Positions 6,137 to 15,690 of a stretch of DNA of 64,000 nt are shown in pieces. The position numbers were made by a program, and so were the translations under genes. The DNA comes from a virus, in the IMG/VR virus record IMGVR_UViG_3300014819_000003, positions 1 to 64,000 of that record, one strand, 5' to 3'. Every line of letters starts with the position of its first letter. Within the stretch, counting starts at the first letter, position 1. The notes beneath the pieces were generated by a model. It did not search any database. It saw only the letters and a program-made list of their open reading frames with translations, and had not been told where the DNA came from.

Positions 6137-7396
6137 ATGGCAGTAGAAAGTATTGGCACGATATACAGTGTTAATATCCCAGGCTTAACAGATTCAGCAG
6201 ATATTCAAAATGCGTTTAAGGCATATCATTATGGCGCATATACTTCTATTGCAACTACCGCTGGAATTGGTTCTGGTGGTATCGCTTACTGGCTAAAAGG
6301 AATTGAAGAAGATATTGCATTGCTAGAAGCACGTCCATCATCAGGTGGAGATGCAACATCAAGTGCTCCAGTTGCTGGAGACTTTACACCTTCAGGAATT
6401 CCAGATGGTTATATCTGGGTTGATCTTGATGGATCAATGACAAGTTCTGTTATTGGTGCTACTGCAGTTTATAATAATAATGCACCTACATCTAATCTTA
6501 CATCAGGAATTATTTGGGTAGATAAAGATTCATCTACTTCTACAACTGGTAATCCATTTATTCCTTCTGCAATTATTGCAGCAAAAGGAGATTTACTAGC
6601 GGGTAGTGCAAATGATACTGTAGTAGTTCTAACAGTTGGAACAGATGGACAATATTTAAAGGCTGACTCAAGTACAACAAGTGGACTTGCTTGGGCTGCT
6701 CCAGGAGATCTAACTGCAGTTTCTGCAGGAACTGGTATTACTGTTACAAATGGCGCTGGTCCAATACCATCAGTTGCTGTTGATGACACACTTGTTGCTA
6801 CAACCAGCAACACAATGACTCTTACAAATAAAACTTTAGTTGCTCCAACTATTCAAGGCGCATCTGTAACTGGTGGTACATTCGTTGCTCCAACATTACA
6901 AAATCAAGCATCAACTGGTGGAACCTTTATTGGTGCAGCAATTACAAGTAGTACAACTTTTGCAGGTACATCAACAATTGAAACAGTTGCATATCCAATA
7001 TTAGTTGCTCCAGAAGAGCGATGGAATGTAGTCGCAGCATCAGCAGGCAGTACAGTAAACCTTGATGTTTTAACTTCTGCTGTGTGGTACTATACTAGCA
7101 GTTCAAGTTCTAACTGGACACTAAATATTCGTGGCAATTCTTCAACATCTCTTAACAATGTTCTTAATACTGGTGATTCTATTACTACCGTTTTCTTTGC
7201 AACAAATGGAACAACTCCATTTTATCAAACAGTGCTTACAGTTGATGGAGCCACAAGCGGCGTAAATACAAGATGGCAAAATGCTACTGCACCAACATCA
7301 GGAAATACAAGCAGCGTTGACATTTATTCATTCACAATTGTAAAGACAGGAAACGCTGCGTTTTCGGCATTTGGATCTCAAACTAGATTTGCTTAA
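6137..7396 (+). CDS. fibre protein, cassette 1 carrier
   Basis: AKGDLL and TLTNKTL fibre repeats; C-terminal domain ending FGSQTRFA. Confidence 0.75.
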   Translation: MAVESIGTIYSVNIPGLTDSADIQNAFKAYHYGAYTSIATTAGIGSGGIAYWLKGIEEDIALLEARPSSGGDATSSAPVAGDFTPSGIPDGYIWVDLDGSMTSSVIGATAVYNNNAPTSNLTSGIIWVDKDSSTSTTGNPFIPSAIIAAKGDLLAGSANDTVVVLTVGTDGQYLKADSSTTSGLAWAAPGDLTAVSAGTGITVTNGAGPIPSVAVDDTLVATTSNTMTLTNKTLVAPTIQGASVTGGTFVAPTLQNQASTGGTFIGAAITSSTTFAGTSTIETVAYPILVAPEERWNVVAASAGSTVNLDVLTSAVWYYTSSSSSNWTLNIRGNSSTSLNNVLNTGDSITTVFFATNGTTPFYQTVLTVDGATSGVNTRWQNATAPTSGNTSSVDIYSFTIVKTGNAAFSAFGSQTRFA

Positions 7397-7405
7397 GGAG
7401 TATAG

Positions 7406-8788
7406 ATGCCTATCATTGGTGGAAGATCAGCAGGAGTAAGAGGTCTTGGATTTCAAGGTGCTGGAAAACCAGGTAAAGTAATAACTTTTACAGCAACAGA
7501 TGTTGGTAGTGGAAGAGCATATAATAATGGAAGAATTGATATTTCTTGGACTGCGCCATCAAGCAACGGTGCTCCAATTACTGGGTATTTAATTGAAAGA
7601 TCTACTAACTCAGGTTCAACATGGTCAACTTTAATTTCTAGCAATGCTACAACTTCTTATTCTGATACTGGACTATCAAGTGCAACAAGATATGATTATA
7701 GAGTTACAGCAATCAATGCAGTAGGCTCAGGAGAAGTTTCCTCATCTGTTAATGCAACTGCAACAACTGTTCCACAGGCACCAACTGTTGGAGCAGCATC
7801 AAGAGCAGCAGATAATCAAGTTTCATTGGCTTTCACTGCCAATGCAAATGGAGGATCATCAATTACATCATATACAATAGTAGCAAGTCCATCAATATCA
7901 GTAAGCACTAATGCTGGAACAACATCGCCAAGAACCGCAACTGCATCATTTGGTTCTGGAACATCTTATACCTTTACAATTGCAGCAGTTAATGCTAATG
8001 GAACATCTGCTGCATCTTCAGCAAGCGGATCAGTTATGCCAAATCAACCTGCTCCAAGCAGCGTTGAGTATGTTGTTGTTTCTGGTGGTGGAACTGGATA
8101 TAGTGGTGGCGGTGGAGCGGGAGGAGTTTTTGCTGGAACACAATCTGTAAGTGCTGGAACTAATTATTCTATTTCTATTGCAGGTGGAGGCGGAACATCT
8201 AACTTTATATCATTTACACCTTCTGCTGGTGGAAATGGTGGCCAAAGTCAAGGAAATGCTGGTGCTTCTGGTGGAGGATGTGCAGTATTTAATAACAATG
8301 GACGTGGAAATGCAATTGCTGGCCAAGGACATATAGGTGGTAAAACTAACCATGGCGGATCAAGTGGAGGTGGAGGTGGATACGGTGGACCAGGTAGTGA
8401 TGGAAGAAAAGCAACAGATCCAAATAATGGAAACGAGTTTACATATTCGGAGCCAGGACAGGCTGGCGGTGGAGGTGGAGCATATTCTGCAACCATTGAA
8501 GGTGGAACCAACTACTATGCATATGGTGGTGGAGGATTTGGTCAAGGATATTATCCATGGGTATGGAGTGCAAATGGAGATGCTAGCGATGGAGCAGCAA
8601 ATAGTGGCGCAGGCGGCGGAGGTTGGGGATTCCATAATGGTGGATCTGGAACTGTGATTTTAGCCCATTCAAGCAATGAAAAATCTGCCACAGTTTCTGG
8701 AGGACTTAGTTATAATTTAAATACTAACTCTAGGGCTGGATACAAAGTTTATAAATTTACTGGTGGAAGTGGAAACGTGAGTTGGTAA
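7406..8788 (+). CDS. FN3 plus glycine-rich adhesin-like protein
   Basis: two FN3 repeats (WTAP.SNG.PITGY, YRVTAINAVG) and polyglycine C-terminus. Confidence 0.8.
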   Translation: MPIIGGRSAGVRGLGFQGAGKPGKVITFTATDVGSGRAYNNGRIDISWTAPSSNGAPITGYLIERSTNSGSTWSTLISSNATTSYSDTGLSSATRYDYRVTAINAVGSGEVSSSVNATATTVPQAPTVGAASRAADNQVSLAFTANANGGSSITSYTIVASPSISVSTNAGTTSPRTATASFGSGTSYTFTIAAVNANGTSAASSASGSVMPNQPAPSSVEYVVVSGGGTGYSGGGGAGGVFAGTQSVSAGTNYSISIAGGGGTSNFISFTPSAGGNGGQSQGNAGASGGGCAVFNNNGRGNAIAGQGHIGGKTNHGGSSGGGGGYGGPGSDGRKATDPNNGNEFTYSEPGQAGGGGGAYSATIEGGTNYYAYGGGGFGQGYYPWVWSANGDASDGAANSGAGGGGWGFHNGGSGTVILAHSSNEKSATVSGGLSYNLNTNSRAGYKVYKFTGGSGNVSW

Positions 8789-8790
8789 AG

Positions 8791-9180
8791 ATGGCACATT
8801 ATGCATTATTAGATGAAAATAACATAGTAGTTAACGTTCTTGTAGGCAGGAACGAAGATGAAGTTGTTGATGGAATTACTGACTGGGAAGAATATTATGG
8901 TAATTTTCATAATATGAGATGCAAGAGAACATCATATAACACACATTTGGGTCAACATAGATTTGATGGAACTCCATTTAGAAAAAATTATGCACAGGTT
9001 GGTGGCACTTATGATGAAGAACGAGATGCCTTTATACCAATAAAAGATTTTGAATCTTGGATTTTTGATGAAGATACCTGTGCTTGGAAAGCGCCTATAC
9101 CACAGCCAGATAATGATCACTATTATCGTTGGAATGAAGAAACCTTAAGTTGGGATAATCTTGGACAAAAATTTGAGTAA
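8791..9180 (+). CDS. small partner protein of glycine-rich adhesin (putative chaperone)
   Basis: MAHYALLDENNIV...YDEERDAFI...W repeats; paralog of 11152. Confidence 0.7.
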   Translation: MAHYALLDENNIVVNVLVGRNEDEVVDGITDWEEYYGNFHNMRCKRTSYNTHLGQHRFDGTPFRKNYAQVGGTYDEERDAFIPIKDFESWIFDEDTCAWKAPIPQPDNDHYYRWNEETLSWDNLGQKFE

Positions 9181-9220
9181 TAGCAAGAGAAACCTGCTAT
9201 AATAACAATAAGGAGCGACG

Positions 9221-9976
9221 ATGCCAACATTTAACACCACAGACCCAAAACCAGGGTATATATATGACTCAAGCGATGATACTTGGTATCCCCTTGCTGG
9301 TATTGCAGTACAGTCATTAGATGGATTGACGGATGTTGTTATTTCTTCCGCCGCTTCTGGACAGACTCTTGTTTATAATGGAACTAACTGGGTAAATACC
9401 GCCGAAACTGGCGATGTGTCTGCTGTTTCAGCGGGTACAGGAATAACAGTAACAAACGGTACAGGACCAATTCCATCAGTTGCAGTAGACACTACTCTTG
9501 TAGCAACTACAAGCAACACTATGACTTTATCAAATAAGACTTTAACATCTCCAATAGTAAATGGAGCAACGATTAATTCTTCAATTCTTGTTGGTCCAGA
9601 AGAACGTTGTAGCGTTGTTGCATCAGCAGCAACAGGAACAATTAATATTGATACCATAACTGCTGGAACTTGGTATTATACATCAAATGCTGGTGCAAAC
9701 CATACACTAAATTTGCGTGGCAGTTCAACAACATCATTAAATAATCTTCTTGCAACAGGAGATTCACAAACAATTGTTTGGTTAAATACAAATGGTGCTA
9801 CTCCATATTATGTTAGCGCAGTACAGGTAGATACCGTATCGCAAACTGTTAAATGGCAGAATGGTACAGCACCATCTGCTGGAAATGCCTCATCTATTGA
9901 TGCTTATGTATTTACAGTTATTAAAACTGCTGCTTCAACATATACAGTATTCGGTACTCAGACTAAGTTTGCGTAA
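9221..9976 (+). CDS. fibre protein, cassette 2 carrier
   Basis: C-terminal ~190 aa paralogous to 6137; ends FGTQTKFA. Confidence 0.75.
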   Translation: MPTFNTTDPKPGYIYDSSDDTWYPLAGIAVQSLDGLTDVVISSAASGQTLVYNGTNWVNTAETGDVSAVSAGTGITVTNGTGPIPSVAVDTTLVATTSNTMTLSNKTLTSPIVNGATINSSILVGPEERCSVVASAATGTINIDTITAGTWYYTSNAGANHTLNLRGSSTTSLNNLLATGDSQTIVWLNTNGATPYYVSAVQVDTVSQTVKWQNGTAPSAGNASSIDAYVFTVIKTAASTYTVFGTQTKFA

Positions 9977-9987
9977 GGAGGGTTTTA

Positions 9988-11139
9988 GTGCCAACATTAA
10001 ATACCTTCGGTAGTGCAAGAGGATTTGGTAGAGCAGGTGCTGCTAAACCTAATGCTCCAACAATTAACAGCGTAACAGCAGATTCTGCAACACAAGTAAC
10101 AATTAACTATACTCTTGGCGCTAATAATGGTGCACCTATTACAACTATTGGAATTACTTCATCTCCCTCAATTGCTTTAACATATACCAATACAGATCTT
10201 GATGGATCAATCACAGTTACAGGATCTTTTGTTTTAGATCAAACGTATACTTTTACAATGACAGCAACAAATGCTGTAGGTACCTCAGATGCATCTACTG
10301 CTTCTAATGCTATAACTCCAAACTTTTCATACTCTCTTGCTCAAACATATAATGCATCAACTACATACACAGTTCCAAATACTGGCGTAAGTAAAATTGC
10401 AGTATATGCTTGGGCAGGCGGTGGAGGAGGAAATGGTGGAAACGGCTTAGACACTACAAATAATACCAATTCCCCCTCTGCAGGTAATGGAGGTAGCGGA
10501 GGTAGTGGCGGAAATGGTGTAGCATTTAAAGATTATTCCGTATCACCTGGACAAACTTTTACAGTTACTATAGGTAGCGGTGGAAATGCAGGATCTGCTG
10601 GTGGAGTAACATCTTTTGGTAATTTATTAAATACAACAAATGGTAGTAATGTGGCTGGATATGCAACTTCAAATGGTGGAGGTGGAGGTGGCGGAGGTAG
10701 TGGTGCTGGTGGTAACTGTTATGGTCTTGGTAATGGTAATACAGGTGGAACATCAAATGCTTTGACATTAAATGGAACAGGATTGACTAGTTACACAGTC
10801 GGTGCTGGCGGCGGTGGCGGTGCAGGAGGCTCATGCAGAAGCGTATCAGCAGGAGGAACTTGCGGTCCAGCAAATGGTGGAGCAGGAGCAAATAACGCAG
10901 GCTCAAATGGTAATGGTGGTGCAGGCGGTAACGGTGGTGCTAGTACAAACAACAGCATTACTACTAGCCCTAACTCTGGCTCCTCTGCTAATGGTATTGC
11001 TGCAGGCGGTGGCGGAGGTTCAGGTGCTGGAATGTTGTTTAATGGTTCTGGTACTAGTGCTACTATAAATGCTTCTTATGGAGCGACTGGTGGTGCTGCA
11101 GGTACAGGCGGTAGAATATATGTTTATCAGGCCGTGTAG
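9988..11139 (+). CDS. FN3 plus glycine-rich adhesin-like protein
   Basis: one FN3 repeat, long polyglycine region; GTG start after TAAGGAG. Confidence 0.8.
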   Translation: MPTLNTFGSARGFGRAGAAKPNAPTINSVTADSATQVTINYTLGANNGAPITTIGITSSPSIALTYTNTDLDGSITVTGSFVLDQTYTFTMTATNAVGTSDASTASNAITPNFSYSLAQTYNASTTYTVPNTGVSKIAVYAWAGGGGGNGGNGLDTTNNTNSPSAGNGGSGGSGGNGVAFKDYSVSPGQTFTVTIGSGGNAGSAGGVTSFGNLLNTTNGSNVAGYATSNGGGGGGGGSGAGGNCYGLGNGNTGGTSNALTLNGTGLTSYTVGAGGGGGAGGSCRSVSAGGTCGPANGGAGANNAGSNGNGGAGGNGGASTNNSITTSPNSGSSANGIAAGGGGGSGAGMLFNGSGTSATINASYGATGGAAGTGGRIYVYQAV

Positions 11140-11151
11140 TTAGGAAAAATA

Positions 11152-11604
11152 ATGGCAGAAAAAAATTATGCTTTAATTAAAAATAATAATGTTACAAATA
11201 TTGTAGTTTTTGATGATCTTTCAGAAGAATTGTTTTTAGTTTTTTTAAATGAGTATCAACTTGATGATATTGTTATTGCAAATGAAAAAACAGAAATTGG
11301 TGGAATATACGATGGCGTAAAATTCTGGCCAACTAAGCCATATCCATCTTGGATTAAAAATGAAGAATTAACAAAATGGGAAGCACCAATAGCAATGCCT
11401 GAAAATAAACCAAATAAATATGTTTGGAATGAAAGTTTAATGGTTTGGGAACTTGCTCCTATTCCTACAAAACCATTCAATTCTTGGATATTTGATGAAG
11501 ATTCATATCAATGGTTTGCGCCTGTTGCAAGACCAAATGATGAAAATGACTATGAGTGGGATGAAGAATCTAATTCTTGGAATTTGCTTCCACCTTGTTG
11601 TTAG
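11152..11604 (+). CDS. small Trp/Pro-repeat partner protein (putative chaperone)
   Basis: NYALIKNNNVTNIVV; KPYPSWI..W repeats. Confidence 0.7.
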   Translation: MAEKNYALIKNNNVTNIVVFDDLSEELFLVFLNEYQLDDIVIANEKTEIGGIYDGVKFWPTKPYPSWIKNEELTKWEAPIAMPENKPNKYVWNESLMVWELAPIPTKPFNSWIFDEDSYQWFAPVARPNDENDYEWDEESNSWNLLPPCC

Positions 11605-11636
11605 TGTATAATTAAAACAAACGGGGGTAGTTAAAA

Positions 11637-12347
11637 ATGGAAATAATTAAGTTTACAGATACTATTGGGGTACCAGAAGAATATCGTCCAGTACCCGCTT
11701 CAAGACTTATTCCAGAATGGTATAAAGATTTAGAATCTTATATTGGTGGAGAAAAAAGACCAGATGGAAATGCAATGACTACGGCAACAGCAAAACGCTG
11801 TATGCCTATCTTTGATGCTATAACTGGTGGATATATAATTTCTACTCATACAGATTTATGGGTATCACAAAGACCAGATGGACCAGAAAATAAAATTAGT
11901 CCGTATTATGAATGGGCTAATTTTGGCGCTATTTCTTTTCACCCAAAAAGCCAACTACCAGAACATCCAAATGATACAGGTCATGAATTTGCATATCCTA
12001 AATGGAATAACACTTGGGCTATACAAACTCCTCCTGGATATTCATGTCTTTTTATATCTCCGCTTCATAGAGAAACTCCTATAATTGCTTTGCCTGCAAT
12101 TGTAGATACAGATAATTATAATGCTCCAGTTAACTTCCCGTTCGTTTTACGTGATCCAAAGATGGATGGTTTAATTCCAGCAGGTACTCCAATAATGCAA
12201 GTAATCCCATTTAAACGAGATGAGTTCCAAATGGAAATTGGAGATTCAGAAGATTTTAAAAAACAGATGGCTACTACTACTAAATTAAGAACCTTATTCT
12301 TTGACTCTTATAAGAGACAGTATAGACAGCCCAAAGAATACCGTTGA
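11637..12347 (+). CDS. conserved phage hypothetical protein, DUF6065-like
   Basis: PEWYK, KRCMPIFDA, TPPGYS, VDTD, GTPIMQVIPFKR motifs. Confidence 0.6.
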   Translation: MEIIKFTDTIGVPEEYRPVPASRLIPEWYKDLESYIGGEKRPDGNAMTTATAKRCMPIFDAITGGYIISTHTDLWVSQRPDGPENKISPYYEWANFGAISFHPKSQLPEHPNDTGHEFAYPKWNNTWAIQTPPGYSCLFISPLHRETPIIALPAIVDTDNYNAPVNFPFVLRDPKMDGLIPAGTPIMQVIPFKRDEFQMEIGDSEDFKKQMATTTKLRTLFFDSYKRQYRQPKEYR

Positions 12348-12405
12348 TTTTGTGGTATAATTTTCGTGAGAGGGTAGCAGCAAGAAACCTGCTATAATAA
12401 ACACT

Positions 12406-13086
12406 ATGCCTACAACATTTAACTACTCTGGCAAACCAGCCTTCATGTACGATCAGGAAACTGACGTATGGCTACAACTAGGCGGTGCAATAGATACCTC
12501 TGCAGGATATACATGGACAGGTGTTCATGCATTTTCTAGCGATGCGAGTTTTGCAGATTCTTTGACTTCAAGAGAAGGTATTAATAACTTTTTAAATCCC
12601 GCTGCACGTGACGCAGCAATTACATCTCCTGTTCATGGAACAGTAGCATTTGTTCGTCAGGATGCTGGCGGTAACACAATCAATCAATGGCAATATTACA
12701 ATGGCTCTGCTTGGGTTGCTAATGATGGAGATATTTCTGGAGTTACAGCAGGCACAGGTTTAAGCGGAGGTGGAACCGCTGGCAGCGTAACTTTGTCGGT
12801 AGATACAACATTCGTTGCTACCACAAGCAATACAATGACTTTAACAAACAAGACTCTTGCTCTTGGATCTAATACAATTTCTGGAACTCTTGCTCAATTT
12901 AATAGTGCTGTAACAGATGCAGATCTAGTTTCTTTAGCAGGTAGTGAAACATTAACTAATAAAACATTGACTGCTCCAATTCTTACTGGTGCAGTAACAT
13001 CAACAGGTGATATTATTATGACTGGCGCAGGTCATGTCGGAAGTGTCAAAGACGAATTTATGATGATTTTAATGGGAGCACTTTAA
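12406..13086 (+). CDS. fibre protein, cassette 3 carrier
   Basis: ARDAAI, GDISGVTAGTGL, TLTNKTL motifs; leaderless. Confidence 0.7.
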   Translation: MPTTFNYSGKPAFMYDQETDVWLQLGGAIDTSAGYTWTGVHAFSSDASFADSLTSREGINNFLNPAARDAAITSPVHGTVAFVRQDAGGNTINQWQYYNGSAWVANDGDISGVTAGTGLSGGGTAGSVTLSVDTTFVATTSNTMTLTNKTLALGSNTISGTLAQFNSAVTDADLVSLAGSETLTNKTLTAPILTGAVTSTGDIIMTGAGHVGSVKDEFMMILMGAL

Positions 13087-13119
13087 AATGCTATATAATA
13101 CTATTGGAGGTAGTAACTA

Positions 13120-13446
13120 ATGGCTACAACAACTAAAGCACTTTATCGTGGTGCTGCAACAACTTCAGGAACTGCTGCACCTTTATATACCGTGCCAGCA
13201 ACAGGAACAACAGCAGTAATTACAAACATTGCAGTATGTAATCCACTTGCATCTACATCTACATTTTCACTAAACATCGGCGGTATTGCATTAGCAGCAA
13301 CATCAGCAATGGCACCAAGTACAACAACTTTTATTGATCTCAAGCAGGTACTTGAGTATAATGCAACAACATCAAATATGCAAATCACAGCAAGTGCTGT
13401 AACTACAGCAGTAACATTCCATATTTCTGGAATAGAAATCTCGTAA
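13120..13446 (+). CDS. small beta-rich virion protein
   Basis: LYTVP...FHISGIEIS family; GGAGG RBS. Confidence 0.7.
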   Translation: MATTTKALYRGAATTSGTAAPLYTVPATGTTAVITNIAVCNPLASTSTFSLNIGGIALAATSAMAPSTTTFIDLKQVLEYNATTSNMQITASAVTTAVTFHISGIEIS

Positions 13447-13456
13447 GGAGACTAGA

Positions 13457-13945
13457 ATGGGATTATCAGTATTAAATCAACCTGCAGCAGCAAGTGGCGG
13501 TATTAAATCAGTACAGCGTGGATCCGCTGCTGGTGCTGGTAACGTAACAATTACATCTGTTGATATTGCAAAATCATTTGTTACAGTATTTGGAACAACA
13601 TCTTCTGGAACAGTAGCAGCATCTGGAACTATTAATGCTGCCAGTGGAAATATAAATGCAGCAAATGGTAACGTTGCTAAAACTAATATGAATCACTTAC
13701 CATCTACTGGTGGCAATTATAATACTTGGCCAGCATCAAATGACTCAAATACAGCAGGTGCTTTAATAGGAAATATTCCAAGCACAAGTCTTTCTTTAAA
13801 TTCAACTACTTTTAGCGCAAACTCAACAACCCTAACTGGTGGTTCAAATAATCTAGTTGCAGCAGTTGTTCAAGGATATCTTTCAAATTCAACAACCTTA
13901 GTAGTCAGCGGCGCTTGCCGTTGGGAAGTAGTGGAGTTTAACTAA
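13457..13945 (+). CDS. putative fibre-tip protein
   Basis: IKSVQRG...WEVVEF signature. Confidence 0.65.
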   Translation: MGLSVLNQPAAASGGIKSVQRGSAAGAGNVTITSVDIAKSFVTVFGTTSSGTVAASGTINAASGNINAANGNVAKTNMNHLPSTGGNYNTWPASNDSNTAGALIGNIPSTSLSLNSTTFSANSTTLTGGSNNLVAAVVQGYLSNSTTLVVSGACRWEVVEFN

Positions 13946-14490
13946 TGAAAACATTCATTCAACTTAAAGATAATGTTGGTTTTGCTGCAATAAATACCGC
14001 TGGAGAAACAGATGGTATTCAAGTAGCATTTGGAACTGGTGATGAATATATTGGAAAACTATACTCTGACGGATCTTGGTCTATTGCTCCCACAATTAAG
14101 TATGCAATAGTTGATGAAAATGGAAACATTATTGAATTTCGTCAAACAAAATTTTCTTCTGATCTTGGTCCATGGCCAGAATGGAATTCTGAAATCCCAG
14201 TAACTTGGAAATGGAATGGAGATGCATGGATAGATCCAAATCCAGTAATTATTTGGAATAATCCAGATGAAATTATTGAGGGCACACCACTATCAGAAAC
14301 TCAATTAAATGCAACTTGTTCGGTTCCAGGAGTTTTAACGTATAGCCATGAATTATCAACAGTGCTTGGCGCTGGAAGTTATTCCTTAAGCGTAACTTTT
14401 ACGCCCGTTAATACATCTTTATACAACACAGTCACCAAAGTTGTAACACTTGTTGTTACTAAACCTCTTCCAGAAATAACAGAAGAGTAA
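13945..14490 (+). CDS. partner protein with C-terminal MBG/Ig-like adhesin repeat
   Basis: PVIIWNNP..I..GTPLS.TQLNAT.SVPG...SVTFTP motif. Confidence 0.65.
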   Translation: MKTFIQLKDNVGFAAINTAGETDGIQVAFGTGDEYIGKLYSDGSWSIAPTIKYAIVDENGNIIEFRQTKFSSDLGPWPEWNSEIPVTWKWNGDAWIDPNPVIIWNNPDEIIEGTPLSETQLNATCSVPGVLTYSHELSTVLGAGSYSLSVTFTPVNTSLYNTVTKVVTLVVTKPLPEITEE

Positions 14491-14495
14491 TATTT

Positions 14496-14540
14496 AAAAA
14501 AAACAACCCCCAGACCTTGAAGCCTGGGGGTATTTTTATT
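14496..14540. terminator. bidirectional intrinsic terminator
   Basis: A-run, CCCCCAG...CTGGGGG, T-run between convergent genes. Confidence 0.85.
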
Positions 14541-14548
14541 CCCTAAAA

Positions 14549-15106
14549 TTAACCAGGGAATTTATGAAGCCATTTATTCACAGCACCTTTTTTATAGGAT
14601 GACCATGAACTCCAATCAGTACCGCCTTTAGTCATGTGATACACGATCTCAGCGTTCTTGACGGGGCTAAATAACTCGGCATTTAAATCAAGATCAAACT
14701 TATCTCGTCTGTCTGGACCTAAAGTACCAAGCATGTTAATCTGAAAGATTCCATATGAGGAGTCTCCAGTTTTAGCGTTTCCATTAAAGGCGAAAGGCCT
14801 TCCGTTAGATTCAGCCTTAGCCACTGCCCAAGCAGTTCTAAGACCTTTTCCTTTGAATCCCACCGCTTTAAGTAACTCAACCAACTGGCTGTCGCTGAGA
14901 CTTATAGCATTTTCATATTTCTCAAGTACCTTATTTTTGTTAGGCTTAATTAGCAAAAGAGCCGCTTTGTGGGCGGCGGCATTGGCTGATTCATTAACCC
15001 TACTAGATAAGTTATTCTTGACAAAAGCATTTGCTTGTGGTCCTAAAACCATAACCAAACAAAACGCCGTTGTAAGAACCCCCGATAGTATTTTTCTGTC
15101 TCTCAA
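14549..15106 (-). CDS. secreted lytic transglycosylase (SLT/lysozyme-like)
   Basis: signal peptide; AKAES catalytic Glu; GIFQIN motif; AGGAGG RBS, TTG start; TTGACA-18-TATACT promoter. Confidence 0.85.
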   Translation of the reverse strand: MRDRKILSGVLTTAFCLVMVLGPQANAFVKNNLSSRVNESANAAAHKAALLLIKPNKNKVLEKYENAISLSDSQLVELLKAVGFKGKGLRTAWAVAKAESNGRPFAFNGNAKTGDSSYGIFQINMLGTLGPDRRDKFDLDLNAELFSPVKNAEIVYHMTKGGTDWSSWSSYKKGAVNKWLHKFPG

Positions 15107-15209
15107 GTTTTCCTCCTAAACAGAACAACACCATTTATCATGGTGTTGGTAACACCAGTATAACATATTTTGGAGCGGCATGTCAAACAGGTTATGGTAT
15201 ATTATATGT

Positions 15210-15680
15210 ATGAATACCTGTATTTATGATAGTTGTGATCAAATTGGGCAAATAAAAGGCATGTGTAGGAAGCACTATAACGCTGAATATTTTAAACAAA
15301 ATAGAGAGTCTATATTAATATCTCATAGAAAGTACTATAAAGAAAATCAAGAGAAAATGCAAAAATGGAGAAGAGATTATCACAAAAAACATCCAGAGGT
15401 TTCAAGACGAAATAGCCTAATTCGTAAAAACAGAGAAAACTCTAAATATAAAACATATACAGATTTAGAGGTTTTACAGTTATATGGAATAAACTGTAGT
15501 ATATGCTTAGAGCCAATTGACTTAAATGCCCCAAGAAAAACTGGAAGACCAGGCTGGCAAAAAGGTCTACATATTGATCATTTAATTCCAGTTTCTCTTG
15601 GAGGGCTAGATAATATACAGAATGTAAGGCCAACACATGGGCTTTGCAACCTACATAAGTCTAGTCTGAAAGTGCTATAA
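15210..15680 (+). CDS. HNH endonuclease (free-standing, leaderless start revised to MNTC)
   Basis: CSIC, HIDHLIPVS.GG...N....H..CN..K. Confidence 0.9.
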   Translation: MNTCIYDSCDQIGQIKGMCRKHYNAEYFKQNRESILISHRKYYKENQEKMQKWRRDYHKKHPEVSRRNSLIRKNRENSKYKTYTDLEVLQLYGINCSICLEPIDLNAPRKTGRPGWQKGLHIDHLIPVSLGGLDNIQNVRPTHGLCNLHKSSLKVL

Positions 15681-15690
15681 TATAAGAACT

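Noticed and set aside
6137-14490. Diversity-generating retroelement or invertase shufflon
   Set aside because: No reverse transcriptase, no adenine-specific TR/VR pair, and no recombinase with inverted sites in the window
15107-15160. c-di-AMP riboswitch before the transglycosylase
   Set aside because: Leader is too short and lacks the conserved elements
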